Assembly (NCBI GenBank): GCA_963693365.1
Contig: CAVNZM010000009.1
Location: 8,041,408 to 8,105,407 of the forward strand
Reading direction: 5' to 3'
DNA length: 64,000 nucleotides
From: Amoebidium appalachense
Lineage: Eukaryota; Protista; Ichthyosporea
Below the pieces are notes generated by a model. It did no database searches and was not told the origin of the DNA. It was given only the letters and a program-made list of their open reading frames with translations. The position numbers and the translations under genes were made by a program. Positions 62,422 to 64,000 of this stretch are shown here, one piece after another (the first letter of the stretch is position 1; every line of letters starts with the position of its first letter).

Positions 62422-63600
62422 CCTTGCAGGTGGTAGTTGATGACATCCATGAGCGACCTGCGGAAAGTTTGTTAGAGCCAGAACACTTTACAGTCGACAA
62501 TGACTTCATTTATTACTATCCTTATTATTTATTATTATTATCAAAACTAATACTACTAGTTTTACTATCATCACTATTATAGCTACTAGCATCATCATTA
62601 ACATTAACTTGTAGAGGTCTATAAAGTTTAATAGTACGTGAACAGGGATTTAGCTATTCTTAGGTGGCCTCGGGAGAGGCCTGGGGGCTAACAGCACTTT
62701 CGTTCTACTTTCAGCCAAACTGCAAACACACGAAGCAATAAATACCCCCCCCCCCCCCCCCCCCCCTTTTTTTTTTTTTTTAACCCACAATCAATGTTTC
62801 CTCTTGTCCAACAGAGAAATCCTCGCATCCTTGCTATTTCCATGCAGCTTCCTGCCGTCAGCCTTAGAAGATAGCCAAAAAAAGAAAAAATAGTAACGAT
62901 TTGATTGGAGTTTGAAGTGGTAAAGCATGAAATGGTCCAACCTCAGCAAGGGTAAGCAGGGGAGGGAAAGGGCGCACGGGTGGGGGGAGGGGGGGGAGGG
63001 GGGGGTCTTTTCATGGACAAATTCAGTTAGGAAGCCTTGAACCACGAGAGGAAGGGGAGGGGTATGGGGGATGTGGTGTGTGTGTGTGGGTTTTGGGGGA
63101 GAGGGGGTGGGGAGGGGGATGAAGAGAACACATACCCCCGGACATACTGTGTGCCAGGTTCGAGCTGGGGACCCGGATGTGCCCCATTCTCTGTTAAAGA
63201 AATTTGTCAGTGCTATGAGCTACGGTCCCAGAATTTTTTTTTGTTTTATCACGCTCTACTCCCGCCAAGAGCACATAGAAAAGAAAGGGGTATTCGGACG
63301 AAGAATGAGATCGTCTCCTGAGAAAAAGGGGAAATGTGAATATTCATTACCACGTGCGTCTCTTGGACAAGTACGCCCCACGTACACACACACAGACATG
63401 TGCATATGCGCATTACCATCTTCCACACCCAAATTCAGTAGGTTACACACATGCAAACACATGCAGGACACATGCATGCACATGCACACGAACACATACA
63501 CACACACACACAAGAACACGAACACACGCGCACACACACAAACGCACACTGTGACACACACACACACACGTCCACACACACTCTCACACATACGCGCATG

Positions 63601-63681
<81 letters not shown>

Positions 63682-63849
63682 ACACACACACATACCCACA
63701 GTGCAGTGTGCCCATCTCATGGCTCTGAACCTTGCGACCATCTGCCCACCCCCCTGCCTGGTATCCATCTGCAGGGGGTTTGACTCTTTCTTGACCTTAT
63801 CGAGTGCTGATCGGATCTCACGGATCGATTCTCCCAACCGGAGTTGTGC
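59616..63849 (-). CDS. 3' portion of an uncharacterised multi-exon gene, continuing beyond the window
   Basis: Exons 63696-63849, 63136-63190, 62423-62457, 61474-61566, 60509-60670, 59616-59869 join in one open frame with canonical sites and end in an acidic tail. A diverged paralogue with the same exon structure supports it independently. Confidence 0.8.
62184..62435. repeat. Tandem duplication containing (AC)n and a copy of an exon end plus donor site
   Basis: gcacacacacatgcacacgcacataaacacaacatacacacaatc(ac)nggaccttgcaggtggta at 62184-62293 and 62294-62435. Confidence 0.85.
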
Positions 63850-64000
63850 CTGTATTTAGGTGATGGGTGGGAAGACGCATGGAAGGGGAGGAGAGCGATA
63901 GGAGATCCGGGACAGGATATATGGGGTATTGGTAGTGTTTGTGGTAGTGTTGGGTATGATTCTTTTGAGCAGTCTCTCTCTGCGTGTGTAAGTGTCTGTA

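Overview
Eukaryotic, intron-rich DNA packed with (GT/AC)n, (GA)n and poly-G/C tracts, so most ORFs in the supplied track are artefacts. Syntenin-like and NTE-like genes suggest an opisthokont, possibly a unicellular holozoan (inference). Manual splice reconstruction gives: a minus-strand SAM + Ras-association-like gene (~582-10480); a single-coding-exon syntenin-like tandem-PDZ gene (11740-12984); a tentative plus-strand gene (~15747-18494); degenerate LINE-ORF1-like remnants (~19.6-21.2 kb); a complete 34-exon, ~1220-aa NTE/PNPLA6-7-type gene (22928-49054, minus); the 3' part of an unrecognised gene (59616-63849) with a frameshifted paralogue (51897-55076) and an inverted fragment; a decayed intronless secreted Cys-rich gene (56638-57362); and a 36-bp TIR element with an 8-bp TSD. 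The most striking pattern is that simple repeats are oriented relative to splice sites. Weak donors, including two GC donors, are followed closely by sense-strand poly(C). Many acceptors have (CA)n instead of a pyrimidine tract. At least one intron has (GU)n at its 5' end and (AC)n at its 3' end. This suggests a repeat-based splicing code. All gene models are manual and unvalidated.
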